Below are positions 36,920-47,569 of a DNA stretch of 64,000 nt, in pieces (the first letter of the stretch is position 1; each line of letters starts with the position of its first letter). The notes below the pieces were generated by a model. That model had not been told where the DNA came from, did not search any database, and saw nothing but the letters and a program-made list of their open reading frames with translations. Position numbers and translations under genes: made by a program. Source of the stretch: an uncultured bacterium (GTDB taxonomy: Bacteria > Eisenbacteria > RBG-16-71-46); the NCBI GenBank assembly GCA_964609125.1, contig CAZSQX010000002.1, forward strand, positions 102,621 through 166,620. The letters run 5' to 3'.

Positions 36920-37753
36920 ATGACCCAGAGGACGCCGGTGCAGGATGCGCCCGTGACCGCCGAGGACCCGGTCGCGTCACGGATCCGCGCGCTGCGGATG
37001 GCGCAGGGCCTCTCGTACAAGAGGCTGTCCGATGCCGCGGGCGGGCTCGCGACCTCGTTCCTCTTCAACATCGAGCACGGCCGCAAGGTCCCGGGCGAGG
37101 ACGTGGCGGCGCGCATCGCCACGGCGCTCGGCGACGGAGCCTACGAGCAGCTCTACCGGGCCTGGGCCCGTGTCAAGAGCCGGGGCCGGAACGGCCGGGC
37201 GGATCACGAGTCGCTCCTGGGCGCCTGGGAGCGCCTCCGCGCCGGATTCGCCGTCACCGACGCCGGTCTCGCGAGCGGGGCCGGCGCGGACGCCGAACGC
37301 GAGGGGGCGCGCGACGCCGGCCGGCTGCGCGTGCCGGTGCTCGCCTCCGCCATGGACCCGGGGGACGGCGTGCGGCCGGACGCCGAGCGCGTCCTCAACA
37401 CGTTGAGCCTGGACCCCTCGCTCTACGGGAACGACGCAGCGATCGCGCGCGAGCGGTTCGCGGCGCTCCGCCGCCCGTTCGGCTTCCCGCTCGACGCCGC
37501 TCAGGCGGCGCGCGCCCCCGGCCTGCCCGCGGGCTACCTGGCCATCGTCTCGCGCGAGCCGCTCGCCGGGCCCCGCGACGAGGACGCGCACGTGGTGCGC
37601 GCGGCCGGCCGGCTCGAGGTGGTGCGGGGCGCGGCGTTCGCCGGCGCGCCGCTGCCCGACGCGGTCCGCGCCGCCGGGCTCGCCGATCCCGCCGCGCTGC
37701 GCGCCGCGTACGTGGGGCGCATCGCGCTCCTGCTGCCGGACGTCCGGCGCTGA
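36920..37753 (+). CDS. XRE-family helix-turn-helix transcriptional regulator
   Basis: Cro/C1-type HTH IRALRMAQGLSYKRLSDAAG. Alternative ATG at 36893. Confidence 0.6.
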   Translation: MTQRTPVQDAPVTAEDPVASRIRALRMAQGLSYKRLSDAAGGLATSFLFNIEHGRKVPGEDVAARIATALGDGAYEQLYRAWARVKSRGRNGRADHESLLGAWERLRAGFAVTDAGLASGAGADAEREGARDAGRLRVPVLASAMDPGDGVRPDAERVLNTLSLDPSLYGNDAAIARERFAALRRPFGFPLDAAQAARAPGLPAGYLAIVSREPLAGPRDEDAHVVRAAGRLEVVRGAAFAGAPLPDAVRAAGLADPAALRAAYVGRIALLLPDVRR

Positions 37754-37757
37754 GCGC

Positions 37758-38747
37758 ATGACGTCGGCGCGCCGGGACGCCCGCCGGCACGCGGCGGCTT
37801 CCGGCGCCGCGCTCGTGGCGGTGCTGGCGCTCGCGGGCTGCGCGCGGGACGACGGCACGATCCGCGGCTCGGGCACGATCGAGATGGACGAGATCGACGT
37901 CGCGAGCGTCGTGGGCGGGCACCTGGTGCACCTCGCCGTTTCGGAAGGCGACAGCGTCCAGGCCGGCGACACGCTCGCGGTGCTGGATCAGGGCGAGGTG
38001 GCCGCGCAGCTCGCGGCGCGCGCGGCCGAGGCCGAGCGCGCCGCGTCCCAGGCGCGCGACCTGCAGCAGGGCGCGCGGCCGGCCGAGCTGGTGATCGCGC
38101 GCGAAAACCTGCGTGCGGCCGAGGCCGAGCTGGAGCTGGCGCGCGTCTCGTTCGAGCGCACCGAGAAGCTGGCGAAGGCGGCGGTGGCGCCGCCCGCGGA
38201 CCTCGACCGCGCGCGCACGGCGCTCCGGGCCGCGGAGGCCCGCGCCGCGGCGGCGCGCGAGGAGGTGCGGCTCCAGGAGGAGGGTTTTCGCCGCGCGCAG
38301 GTCTTGGCGGCGAAGCAGGGCGCGGCCGCCGCGGCCGCGCAGCTCGCGGGCGCGCGCAGCCGGGCGGACGAGCTGCTGCTCGTGGCACCCCGCGCCGGCG
38401 TGGTGCTGCTCACGAACTACGAGGCCGGCGAGCTGGTGGCGCCGGGCTCGCCGGTGGTCACGCTCGGGGACCCCGACTCGCTGTGGATGCGCGTGTACGT
38501 GGCCGCGCCGTCGCTCCCACGCCTGCGCCTGGGGGCCGAGGCGGAGGTCCGGCCGATCGGGGCCAGTCGTCCGTACGGGGCGCGGGTCGCGAGCATCGCC
38601 AGCCAGGCCGAATTCACGCCGCGCGCGGCGCTCACCGAGGAGGAGCAGGCGAACCTGGTGTTCGGGGTCAAGCTCGTGCTGGCGCCGAACGGCCGGGCGC
38701 TCAAGGCGGGCCTGCCCGCCGACGCGCGCATCCGGCCGGCGCCGTGA
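37758..38747 (+). CDS. HlyD-family membrane fusion protein
   Basis: Lipoprotein-like N-terminus (LALAGC), biotinyl-lipoyl-like and coiled-coil segments, beta-barrel domain. Confidence 0.8.
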   Translation: MTSARRDARRHAAASGAALVAVLALAGCARDDGTIRGSGTIEMDEIDVASVVGGHLVHLAVSEGDSVQAGDTLAVLDQGEVAAQLAARAAEAERAASQARDLQQGARPAELVIARENLRAAEAELELARVSFERTEKLAKAAVAPPADLDRARTALRAAEARAAAAREEVRLQEEGFRRAQVLAAKQGAAAAAAQLAGARSRADELLLVAPRAGVVLLTNYEAGELVAPGSPVVTLGDPDSLWMRVYVAAPSLPRLRLGAEAEVRPIGASRPYGARVASIASQAEFTPRAALTEEEQANLVFGVKLVLAPNGRALKAGLPADARIRPAP

Positions 38748-38805
38748 CCGGCCCCGGCGCGAGCCGCCCGCGGCGCGGCCCGGGCGCGCCGCCGCGGAGA
38801 CGGCC

Positions 38806-39543
38806 GTGAACGACGAACGCGTCGTCGTCGAGACGCGCAACCTGGTCAAGCGCTTCGGCAGCCTGGTCGCGGTGGACCACGTCTCGCTCTCCATCCACGC
38901 CGGCCGGATCTTCGGCATCCTCGGGCCCAACGGCTCGGGCAAAACCACCACCATCCGCATGCTGTGCGGGCTCATGCGCCCGACCGAGGGGCTCGCGCTG
39001 GTGGCCGGCGCCGACGTGTCGCGCGAGCCGGACCGCGTGAAGTCGCGCATCGGCTACATGTCGCAGGCGTTCGGGCTCTACCGCGACCTGTCGGTGGACG
39101 AGAACCTCGCGTTCTACGGCGGCGTCTACAACCTGGGCGCCGGCCTGGGCCCCCGCATCGCGTGGGCCAAGGAGTCCATGCGCCTCGCCGAGCTGGGCGG
39201 CCGGCTCTCGGGCGTGTTGTCGGGCGGCCAGAAGCAGCGCCTGGCGCTCGCCTGCGCCATGCTGCACGCGCCCGACGTGGTGTTCCTCGACGAGCCCACC
39301 GCGGGCGTGGACCCGGCCGCGCGGCGTCTGTTCTGGGCCATCATCCGCGAGCGTGCCGCCGAAGGCGTGACGATGATCGTCACCACCCACTACATGGACG
39401 AGGCCGAGCGTTTCGACCGGCTCGTGTTCCTGTCGCGCGGCCGGCTCGTGGCCGAGGGCTCCCCCGCCGAGGTGCGGAGCCAGTTCGGCGGCACCCGGAC
39501 GCTCGAGGACATCTTCGTGGCGCTCCAGGAGCGGGACGCGTGA
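38806..39543 (+). CDS. ABC transporter ATP-binding protein
   Basis: Walker A GPNGSGKTT, signature LSGGQKQRL, Walker B VVFLDEPT. GTG start with GGAGA RBS. Confidence 0.85.
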   Translation: MNDERVVVETRNLVKRFGSLVAVDHVSLSIHAGRIFGILGPNGSGKTTTIRMLCGLMRPTEGLALVAGADVSREPDRVKSRIGYMSQAFGLYRDLSVDENLAFYGGVYNLGAGLGPRIAWAKESMRLAELGGRLSGVLSGGQKQRLALACAMLHAPDVVFLDEPTAGVDPAARRLFWAIIRERAAEGVTMIVTTHYMDEAERFDRLVFLSRGRLVAEGSPAEVRSQFGGTRTLEDIFVALQERDA

Positions 39544-40664
39544 ACCCCGAGCGGCTCGGCGCCATGGTCCGCAAGGAGTTCGTGCAGATGCGGCGCGACC
39601 CGGCCACGCTCCGCCTCATGCTGGCCGTGCCGGTGATGCAGTTGCTCATCTTCGGCTACGCCATCCGCACCGACGTCCGGCACCTGCCCACGGTGGTGTT
39701 CGACCAGAGCCGCACCCGGCAGAGCCGCGAGTTCGTCGAACGCCTGACCGCCACCGACAACTTCGTGGTGAAGGCGAGCGTCCTCTCGTACGCCGCCGCC
39801 GTGAGCGAGGTGGACGCCGGCCGCGCCCGCGCCGCGGTGATCATTCCGCCCGACTACGCCCGGAGGCTCAAGCGCGGCCGCACCGCGGCCGTCCAGGTCC
39901 TGGTGGACGCGAGCGACCCGACCGCGTCCCAGAACGCGATCGCCGCCGCCCAGATGGTGGGCCAGCGGCTGAACGTCGCGATCGTGGGCGCGCGCAGCGG
40001 CGACGACCCGTCCGCGAAGCCGCCCGTGGACGTGCGCGTGCGGCCGCTCTACAACCCGGCGCTGCGCAGCGCGGTGTTCATCGTGCCGGGCATCATCGGC
40101 ATGATCCTGAGCAACATCCTGATCATCATCACCGCGCTGTCGCTGGTGCGCGAGCGCGAGACGGGTACGCTGGAGCAGCTCATCGTCACCCCGCTCGCGA
40201 AGTGGGAGATCATGGTCGGCAAGATCGCGCCGTACGTGCTGGTGGGCTACGTGCAGATGACCACGGTGCTGCTCGTGGGCCACTACGTATTCGACGTCCC
40301 GCTGCGCGGACCGCTGCTCGCGCTCTACGGTGCCTCGTTCCTGTTCATCGTCGCGAACCTCGGGCTGGGACTGTTCATCTCGACGCTGGGGCGGAATCAG
40401 GCGCAGGTGACCCAGGTGGCGTTCCTGTTCCTGCTCCCGAACGTGCTGCTGTCGGGGTTCATGTTTCCGCGCGAGGCGATGCCGGCGGTGGCGCGGGGGT
40501 TCGGCCTGCTCCTGCCGCTCACCTACTACCTCGAGGTGATCCGCGGCATCGTGCTGCGCGGGAACGGCCTGATGCAGGTATGGCCGCAGACGCTCGCGCT
40601 GGCGGGCTTCGCGCTGGCGTTCTTCCTGTTCGCCACGCGCCGGTTCTCGAAGACGCTGGAATGA
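39540..40664 (+). CDS. ABC-2 type transporter permease
   Basis: GTG overlapping the ATPase stop (GTGA); six TM helices; ABC-2 family motif region. Confidence 0.8.
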   Translation: MNPERLGAMVRKEFVQMRRDPATLRLMLAVPVMQLLIFGYAIRTDVRHLPTVVFDQSRTRQSREFVERLTATDNFVVKASVLSYAAAVSEVDAGRARAAVIIPPDYARRLKRGRTAAVQVLVDASDPTASQNAIAAAQMVGQRLNVAIVGARSGDDPSAKPPVDVRVRPLYNPALRSAVFIVPGIIGMILSNILIIITALSLVRERETGTLEQLIVTPLAKWEIMVGKIAPYVLVGYVQMTTVLLVGHYVFDVPLRGPLLALYGASFLFIVANLGLGLFISTLGRNQAQVTQVAFLFLLPNVLLSGFMFPREAMPAVARGFGLLLPLTYYLEVIRGIVLRGNGLMQVWPQTLALAGFALAFFLFATRRFSKTLE

Positions 40665-40683
40665 CGGGCCGGCGCGCGGGCGC

Positions 40684-41949
40684 ATGCAGGAGCGGGGCGG
40701 GGTCGCGATGGAGCTCGTGAACAAGGAGACCGCGAAGCCGCAGGCGTCGGCGGCGGCCCGCGACGTCCCCGACCCTTACCGGGTGCTGTTCCCGGTCGGG
40801 ATCGCGGCCGCGCTCGCGGGGCTCGCGCCGTGGCTCGCGTACGCCGTCGCGCTCCAGCCGTGGTGGCCCGCGTCGTGGCCGGTGGCGTGGCCGGGCCCCG
40901 CGCACGCGGGGCTCCTCGCGCAGGGCTTCGAGCTGGCGTTCGTGTGCGGGTTCCTGCTCACCGCCATGCCCGCGTTCACGCACGGCCCGCGCTGCACCCG
41001 CGCCGAGCTGGCGTTCGTGACCGCGGCCGTGGCCGCGTTCGTGGTCCTGCGCGCGCTGGACCTCGCCGTGGCCGCGTGGGCCTGGCTCGCGGCCCTGGCG
41101 CTGCTCGGGTTCACCGTCGCGCGCCGGGTCCGGCCCGGCGCGGCCGCGCCGCCCGAGGAGTTCCTGCTCGTGGGCACCGGGCTCGCACTCGGGCTCGCCG
41201 GCGGCGTGGTGCAGGCGCTGGCCGCCGCGGGCGTGCTCCCGCCGCCCGCCGAGCGCGCCGGCGTGCGCTGCGTCTCGCTCGGCATGCTGCCCGCGCTCGT
41301 GCTGGGCCTCGGCGGCCTGCTCGTGCCCACGTTCATGCGCATGGAGAACCCGCTCGACATCGTGGGCTGGGCGCGGGCGGGCGACCGCCCGCGACGCCGC
41401 GCGTACGCGGTCCTGATCGCGGCGCTGCTCGTGCTCGGGCTGCTCGGCGAGCTGTCGGGGCAGGTCCGCGCCGGCGGCTGGCTGCGCGCGCTCGCCGCGC
41501 TGGCCGCGACGCTGCTCGCCTGGAAGGTGTGGCGGCGCCCCGGGCGGAGCGACCCGCTGTCCTGGAGTCTCTGGACGGCCGGCTGGTGCGTCTCGCTCGG
41601 CTTCCTCGCCGCGGCGATCTGGCCCGTCCACCGCGTCGAGGCGTGGCACGTGGCGTTCGCCGGCGGCTACGCGCTGCTCACGCTCGGCATCGGCACGCGC
41701 GTCGTGGTCTCGCACGGCGGCCATGCCATGACCGAGGAGCGGGTGGTGCTGTCGGCCGGCGCGATCGCCGCGCTGCTGGCCGCCACGCTCGTGCGCGCGC
41801 TCGGCCCCGTCGCCGACCCGCCGCGGCTCGCGCTCCACCACGCGGTCGCCGCCGCGCTGGCGATGCTCGCGTTCGGGATGTGGCTGCTCGCCGCCTGGTC
41901 CCGCCTGCGGCGCACCCGGCGCCGGCTGCTGATGCCCGAGCGACGGTAG
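40684..41949 (+). CDS. NnrS-family membrane protein
   Basis: ~12 TM helices with conserved His residues, NnrS-like. Alternative ATG at 40708. Confidence 0.7.
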   Translation: MQERGGVAMELVNKETAKPQASAAARDVPDPYRVLFPVGIAAALAGLAPWLAYAVALQPWWPASWPVAWPGPAHAGLLAQGFELAFVCGFLLTAMPAFTHGPRCTRAELAFVTAAVAAFVVLRALDLAVAAWAWLAALALLGFTVARRVRPGAAAPPEEFLLVGTGLALGLAGGVVQALAAAGVLPPPAERAGVRCVSLGMLPALVLGLGGLLVPTFMRMENPLDIVGWARAGDRPRRRAYAVLIAALLVLGLLGELSGQVRAGGWLRALAALAATLLAWKVWRRPGRSDPLSWSLWTAGWCVSLGFLAAAIWPVHRVEAWHVAFAGGYALLTLGIGTRVVVSHGGHAMTEERVVLSAGAIAALLAATLVRALGPVADPPRLALHHAVAAALAMLAFGMWLLAAWSRLRRTRRRLLMPERR

Positions 41950-41978
41950 CGGGCCGGCCGCGGCGGCCCGCCGCGCCG

Positions 41979-42647
41979 TCAGGCCACGCTCTCGTCGGCG
42001 TGGTGCTTGATGATGCGGGCCTCGGCGATGAACACGACCTCCTCGGCCACGTTCGTGGCGAGGTCGCCGATCCGCTCCAGGTTCCGCCCCACCAGCACCA
42101 GCGTCATCGAGCGCTCCACCTGCCGCGGGTCCTCGATCATCCGCCCCATCAGGTCGGCGAACAGACGCCGGTGGAGCGCGTCCACCTCGTCGTCCCGCCG
42201 CACGAGCTTCCGGGCCGCCTCCGCGTCCCGGCGCACGAAGGCGTCCAGGGCGTCCTTGAGCATCGCGATGGACTTCTCGGCCAGCTCCGGCAGGTCGGAG
42301 AGCGGGCGCACCGGGGCCTGGCTCGCGAGCCGGCGGGCGCACTCCGCGATGTTCACCGCGTGGTCGCCCACCCGCTCCAGGTCGTTCGAGATCTTGAGCG
42401 CCGAGGTGATGAGCCGCAGGTCACGGGCGAGCGGCTGCTGCAGCGCGAGCAGCTGGACGCAGTGCTCCTCGATGTCGATCTCCATCCGATCGATTGTCTT
42501 GTCGTCGGCCAGGACCTCGTCCGCGAGCGCGGGGTCGCGGCGCATGAGCGACTCCACCGCCTTGCGCACGATGCCCTCCGTGCGCCCGCTCATGAGCAGC
42601 AGCTCCTGCTGGAGCCGCGCGATCTGTTCGTCGAATTGCCGTTGCAT
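41979..42647 (-). CDS. phoU: phosphate signalling complex protein PhoU
   Basis: Two PhoU repeats (DxxxDxxE...ERIGD motifs: NDLERVGDHAVN and NLERIGDLATN). Start at M151 of ORF 41979..43097, with a GGAG RBS. Confidence 0.85.
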   Translation of the reverse strand: MQRQFDEQIARLQQELLLMSGRTEGIVRKAVESLMRRDPALADEVLADDKTIDRMEIDIEEHCVQLLALQQPLARDLRLITSALKISNDLERVGDHAVNIAECARRLASQAPVRPLSDLPELAEKSIAMLKDALDAFVRRDAEAARKLVRRDDEVDALHRRLFADLMGRMIEDPRQVERSMTLVLVGRNLERIGDLATNVAEEVVFIAEARIIKHHADESVA

Positions 42648-42739
42648 GTCGGGGGGCTCCTCGGTCGCGCCGGCATCGCCCGCGCGGGTCAGGGTCCGCG
42701 GCGGCGGGCCCGCGCGCCGCGCGCGGGCCCGCGACCAGA

Positions 42740-43582
42740 CTAACCGAACCGGCCCGTGATGTAGTCCTCGGTGAGCTTCTCGCGCGGGCTCGTGAACACC
42801 CGCCGGGTGTCGTCGACCTCCACCAGCTCCCCCTGGAGCAGGAACGCGGTGCGGTCGGAGATCCGCGCCGCCTGCTGCATGTTGTGGGTCACGACCACGA
42901 TCGTGTACCGGCCCTTGAGCTCCAGGATCAGCTCCTCGATTCGGGTGGTCGCGGTCGGATCGAGCGCCGAGGCCGGCTCGTCCATGAGGATGACCTCGGG
43001 CTCCACGGCGAGGCAGCGGGCGATGCACAGGCGTTGCTGCTGCCCGCCCGAGAGCTGGAGCGCGGACCGGTCGAGCCGGTCCCGCACCTCGTCCCACAGC
43101 GCGGCGCGGCGCAGGCTCTGCTCGACGCGCGGCGCCAGCGCGTCGCGGTCGCGCACACCCAGCATGCGCAGGCCGAACGCCACGTTCTCGAAGATGGACT
43201 TGGGGAACGGGTTCGGCCGCTGGAACACCATGCCCACGCGCCGACGCAGCTCGACCACGTCCGTCCCGGTCGCGTACACGTCCTGGCCCGAGACGTTCAG
43301 GCTGCCCGTCACGCGCACGCCGGGGATGAGGTCGTTCATGCGGTTGAAGGAGCGGAGCAGCGTGCTCTTGCCGCAGCCGGACGGGCCGATGATCGCGGTG
43401 ACCGCGCTGTTCGGGATCTCGAGCGTGATGCCCTTGAGCGCGTGGTGGCTGCCGTAGTGGAGGTGGAACCCGCGCGCGGCGAGCCGCGCCTCGGCCGGCC
43501 GCTCGGGCGCGACGGTCTCGCGTTCGGGCACGTGCGGCCGGCTCACGAGCGTCGCGCTTCGTTCGGGGGTGTCGACGGTCAC
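42740..43582 (-). CDS. pstB: phosphate ABC transporter ATP-binding protein PstB
   Basis: Walker [10 protein letters not shown], signature LSGGQQQRL, Walker [15 protein letters not shown] start. Confidence 0.9.
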   Translation of the reverse strand: MTVDTPERSATLVSRPHVPERETVAPERPAEARLAARGFHLHYGSHHALKGITLEIPNSAVTAIIGPSGCGKSTLLRSFNRMNDLIPGVRVTGSLNVSGQDVYATGTDVVELRRRVGMVFQRPNPFPKSIFENVAFGLRMLGVRDRDALAPRVEQSLRRAALWDEVRDRLDRSALQLSGGQQQRLCIARCLAVEPEVILMDEPASALDPTATTRIEELILELKGRYTIVVVTHNMQQAARISDRTAFLLQGELVEVDDTRRVFTSPREKLTEDYITGRFG

Positions 43583-43583
43583 G

Positions 43584-44531
43584 TCAGCCCTTTCCCAGGA
43601 GGCGGGCCCGCAGCCGGGCCCGGAGGAGGATGGCGGTGAGGTTGAGCAGGAACGTCAGCACGAGCAGGACCAGCACCGTGCCGTAGAGCAGCGGTCGGGT
43701 CGCGTCCACGTCGGGCGACTGGGTCGCCAGCACGAACACGTGGTAGCCCAGCTCCATGAACTGGTCGGTGGGCGACTTGGGGAGGAACGGCAGGAAGTAG
43801 GCCGCGCCCGTGAACAGGATCGGCGCCACCTCGCCCGCGCCGCGCGCCACCGCGAGGATGGCCCCGGTGAGGATGCCGGGGAGGGCCTGCGGCAGCAGCA
43901 CGTGCCGCACCGTCTGCCAGCGCGTGGCGCCGAGCGCGAGCGACGCCTCGCGCTGGTCCCGGGCCACGGTGCGGAGCGACTCCTCGGTGGTGACGATGAC
44001 CACGGGCAGGTTGAGGAGCGCGAGCGTGAGCGCGGCCCAGATCAGCGCCGGCTGGCCCCAGACCACGTCGAGGCCCATCGCGCGGTCCATCTCGCGACCG
44101 ATGAACTGGATGAAGAAGCCGAGCCCGAACAGCCCGAACACGATGCTCGGCACGCCGGCCAGGTTGTGCACCGCGAAGCGCACCGCCCTCGTGGTCCAGG
44201 CGTCCTGGCGCGCGTAGAGGTGGAGCCACACCGCCGCGCCGACGCCGAACGGGATCAGCGCCACGACCATCAGCACCACGAGCAGCACGGTCCCGTAGAT
44301 CGCGGGGAAGATGCCGCCCTCGGTCATGCCCTCGCGCGGCGCGCCGGCGATGAACTCCCACGTCACCGCGCCCCAGCCGTTCCACGCGATCTCGCCGAGG
44401 ATGACCGCGACCATGGCCACGACGAGCAGCGCCGCGAATCCCGACAGCGCGGTGAACGCGGCCCCGCCCACGTCGATCCGGCGCCCGGGCCGGGCGAGCG
44501 GAGCCACCGCGGGCAGGCCGGCCGCGGTCAC
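43584..44531 (-). CDS. pstA: phosphate ABC transporter permease PstA
   Basis: GTG at 44529..44531 overlapping the pstC stop (GTGA). Six TM helices and an EAA-like loop. The N-terminal half of ORF 43584..45383 is artefact. Confidence 0.85.
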   Translation of the reverse strand: MTAAGLPAVAPLARPGRRIDVGGAAFTALSGFAALLVVAMVAVILGEIAWNGWGAVTWEFIAGAPREGMTEGGIFPAIYGTVLLVVLMVVALIPFGVGAAVWLHLYARQDAWTTRAVRFAVHNLAGVPSIVFGLFGLGFFIQFIGREMDRAMGLDVVWGQPALIWAALTLALLNLPVVIVTTEESLRTVARDQREASLALGATRWQTVRHVLLPQALPGILTGAILAVARGAGEVAPILFTGAAYFLPFLPKSPTDQFMELGYHVFVLATQSPDVDATRPLLYGTVLVLLVLTFLLNLTAILLRARLRARLLGKG

Positions 44532-45478
44532 GCGCCCGCCAGCCGCTTGCGCAGCCGGTCCACGAACACGCCCGCCACGACGTTGATGAGGAACGTCACG
44601 CTGAACAGGAGCGCGCCCAGGAAGAACAGCGTGGCGTAGTGGGGGCTCCCGACCACGACCTCGGCCAGCTCGGCGGCGATCGTCGCGGACAGCGTGCGGA
44701 CGGAGTCGAACGGCGTGAACGAAGTGATGGCCGCGTTCCCCGAGGCCATCAGCACGATCATGGTCTCGCCCACCGCGCGCGCGAGTCCCAGCAGGCAGCC
44801 CGCCGTGACGCCGGCCGAGGCCGCGGGGAGCGAAACGTGCCAAGCCGTCTGCCACGGGCTGGCCCCGAGGCCGAGCGAGGCCTCGCGGAACGCGCGCGGC
44901 ACCGAGCGCAGCGCGTCCTCGGCCACCGTGAAGATGGTCGGGATGATCCCGAGTCCGAGCGCGACGCCGGCCGTGAGCGCGTTGAGCCGCATGGGCGATC
45001 GGGTCACCGACTGGAGCCACGAGGCCAGCACCATCAGTGCGAAGAAGCCCATCACCACCGACGGGATGCCCGCGAGCAGCTCGATCGCCGGCTTGAGCGC
45101 CTCGCGCACGCGGGGCGGGGCGAACTCCGCGCTGTAGACCGCCGCCAGGACCGCGAGCGGCACCGCGAAGACCAGCGCGATGACCACCACCTTGAGCGTG
45201 CCCGTGATCAGCGGCACGAGCCCGTACTTGGGCACCTCCCCCACCGGCTGCCAGAGCGGCGTGGCGAGGAATCCACGCAGGCTGGACTCCTTCTGGACCC
45301 CGGGGTCCACCAGGATCGGCCACGCCTCCTTGAACACGAACAGCACGATGAGCGCGAGCCCGGCCACGGCCGAGAACGCGCACGCGCGCAGCAGGAACTC
45401 GATCGCGCCCTCAACGGCGCGGAGCCGCACGCGTGCCGCGTTCGGCCGGGGGGCGGGGGAGGCGCCGGGGATGGCCAC
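44528..45478 (-). CDS. pstC: phosphate ABC transporter permease PstC
   Basis: GTG start; six TM helices; EAA loop region. Confidence 0.85.
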   Translation of the reverse strand: MAIPGASPAPRPNAARVRLRAVEGAIEFLLRACAFSAVAGLALIVLFVFKEAWPILVDPGVQKESSLRGFLATPLWQPVGEVPKYGLVPLITGTLKVVVIALVFAVPLAVLAAVYSAEFAPPRVREALKPAIELLAGIPSVVMGFFALMVLASWLQSVTRSPMRLNALTAGVALGLGIIPTIFTVAEDALRSVPRAFREASLGLGASPWQTAWHVSLPAASAGVTAGCLLGLARAVGETMIVLMASGNAAITSFTPFDSVRTLSATIAAELAEVVVGSPHYATLFFLGALLFSVTFLINVVAGVFVDRLRKRLAGA

Positions 45479-46305
45479 TAGTTGAGCGGGAAGTATCCGA
45501 CCTCGGCCGCAAGCTGCTGGCCCTCGGCCGACAGCACCCAGTCCACGAACTTCTTCGCGTCGCCCGCCGGGGGCTTGCGCAGGTAGAAGAACAGCGGTCG
45601 CGATAGCGGGTAGCTGCCGTCCCTGACCGCCGCTGCGCTCGGAAGGACCGCCGCGGCCTGCGCGTCCTTCTTCATCGCCACCTCGCGCACGCCCTTGGCG
45701 TACGCGGCGCCGCCATAGCCGATCCCGTTCGGGTCCTTGGAGACCGCGTTCACGACCGCCGCCGTGCCGGGCAGCGTCTGGACCCGCGCCGAGAAGTCTC
45801 GGTTCGCGAGCACGTGCTCCTTGAAGAACCCGTAGGTACCGGAATTGTTCTCGCGGCCGTACAGGATGATGGTGGCGTCCCGGCCGCCCAGATCCTTCCA
45901 GTTGGTGATCGTGCCCATGTAGATGCCCTTCAGCTGCTCGACGGTGAGGGACTGCAGCGGATTGCCCGCGTGCACGTACACCGCGAGGCCGTCCTTCGCC
46001 ACCGGGATCTCGACCCCCATCGTCTGGTAGCGGTCCCGGAGCTTGAGCCTCTCGTCCTGCTTCATGCTGCGAGAGGACTGGCAGATCTCGGTGGTGCCGT
46101 TGATGAGGGCGGCGATGCCGGTGCCCGAGCCGCCGCCGGTCACCATGACGACCTGCCCCTTGTTCTCGTTCATGAACTGCTCGGCCCAGCGCTGGCCGAG
46201 GATCACCATGGTGTCGGAGCCCTTGACGGTGATGGGCCTTCCGGCGGCGACCGGCGAGGCGATCGCCGCGACGAGCGCGAGCGAAGCGAGGCTGCGTCGA
46301 TTCAT
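45478..46305 (-). CDS. pstS: phosphate-binding protein PstS
   Basis: Signal peptide; phosphate-binding motifs (GSDTM..., GGGSGTG). GGAGGG RBS. Confidence 0.85.
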   Translation of the reverse strand: MNRRSLASLALVAAIASPVAAGRPITVKGSDTMVILGQRWAEQFMNENKGQVVMVTGGGSGTGIAALINGTTEICQSSRSMKQDERLKLRDRYQTMGVEIPVAKDGLAVYVHAGNPLQSLTVEQLKGIYMGTITNWKDLGGRDATIILYGRENNSGTYGFFKEHVLANRDFSARVQTLPGTAAVVNAVSKDPNGIGYGGAAYAKGVREVAMKKDAQAAAVLPSAAAVRDGSYPLSRPLFFYLRKPPAGDAKKFVDWVLSAEGQQLAAEVGYFPLN

Positions 46306-46321
46306 GATCCCTCCGTTCCTC

Positions 46322-47569
46322 TCAGAACTTGTGCTGGAGTTGGATGGTCCACAGGTTGTCGTGCGGGTCGGTGAACGCGCCGCCCGCGGCGGGGGAGTCG
46401 GTGGAGATCGCGTCGTAGGACACGGTGACGCGGGTGAAGCCGTCGAAGTACGCGTTGAGCCCGAGGCTCCAGCGCTCGTACTGGTCGTGGTCGACGTCCA
46501 CGTTGGGGTCGTAGGTGTCGAAGCGGACCACGGCCTGGAAGCGCTCGCCCAGGTTCTGCACGCCCATGAGGTACCAGCCGCGCACGTCGGTGGCGAGGTG
46601 CGAGGCGACCGCGCCGGCCTTGAGCAGCCGGTTCGGGTTGGCCGAGGTGGGGGCGACGACCAGCGTGCGCACCGAGTCGGCGTTCACGTCGTGGCCCGAG
46701 AAGAACTCGCCGCGCAGCGAGCCGCCGCCGACCTGCGGCAGCGTCCAGAACGCCTGGGCGTCGAAGCCGAGCCGGGTCTTGTCCGTGGTCACGTCGGCCC
46801 CGGTGAGCGGCGTCACGTGCCGGCCCCGGTAGCCCGAGACCGCCGCGTCCCACGCGCCCTGGGACCAGCGCACGCGGCCCACGACGTCCTTGGACTTGGT
46901 CGGGTCGGTGGCGGGGAAGTCGGCGCTGTTCACGCCGCCGCCGTTCAGGATCGCGATCACGGTGCGCAGCTGCGGCCGCCACTGGCTCTCCAGCTTCAAC
47001 CCGCGGTCGCGCTCGCCCGAGAACAGCACGTTCTCGGCGCGCGAGCGCTCGGGGAGCTCCCGCACGCTCGAGGAGCGCTCGATCTCCCAGCCGAACGGCA
47101 CGTTGAACTGGCCGAGCGTGAGCTGGTGGTCGTGGAGCGGCGTCCACGGGTCGAGCAGCGTGACGTAGGCCTCCAGCAGGCGGATGGTGCGATCGGCTCC
47201 GCCGTCGATGTAGACCACCGCCTGCGACAGCGGGCTCGAGTCGTAGGCGAGCTTGAGGCGCGCTCGGCGGATGAAGAAGCGCGTCGCGTTGGGCGCCGAG
47301 ATCGTGCCGGCCGCGCCGCTCACACGGACGCTGTCGCTGCTCGCCTCGCTGAACTCGGTGCGGGCCTGCACGTAGCCCGAGAACTTGAACTTCTTGAGCT
47401 TGTCGGTGTCGGCCATGAGCGTCTGGATCTGTTCGTTCAGGCCGTCCAGCAGTCCCTGCAGCTCCGCGCGCGTGACGGCGGCGGTGTCGGCGTCGCCCTG
47501 GGCGAGGGCCGGCCTGGCTCCGGCGGCGCACAGCAGGGCCGCCATGGACACGGACAGGATGTGCCTCAA
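46322..47569 (-). CDS. phosphate-selective porin OprO/OprP family
   Basis: Signal peptide, long beta-barrel, C-terminal ...LQHKF. TTG at 47567..47569 or ATG at 47543..47545 as start. Confidence 0.75.
   Translation of the reverse strand: MRHILSVSMAALLCAAGARPALAQGDADTAAVTRAELQGLLDGLNEQIQTLMADTDKLKKFKFSGYVQARTEFSEASSDSVRVSGAAGTISAPNATRFFIRRARLKLAYDSSPLSQAVVYIDGGADRTIRLLEAYVTLLDPWTPLHDHQLTLGQFNVPFGWEIERSSSVRELPERSRAENVLFSGERDRGLKLESQWRPQLRTVIAILNGGGVNSADFPATDPTKSKDVVGRVRWSQGAWDAAVSGYRGRHVTPLTGADVTTDKTRLGFDAQAFWTLPQVGGGSLRGEFFSGHDVNADSVRTLVVAPTSANPNRLLKAGAVASHLATDVRGWYLMGVQNLGERFQAVVRFDTYDPNVDVDHDQYERWSLGLNAYFDGFTRVTVSYDAISTDSPAAGGAFTDPHDNLWTIQLQHKF

Noticed and set aside
43584-45383. 599-aa ORF suggesting a PstA-PstC fusion
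   Set aside because: The N-terminal half is an alternative frame of pstC (nonsense Gly/Arg). pstA starts at the GTG overlapping the pstC stop.
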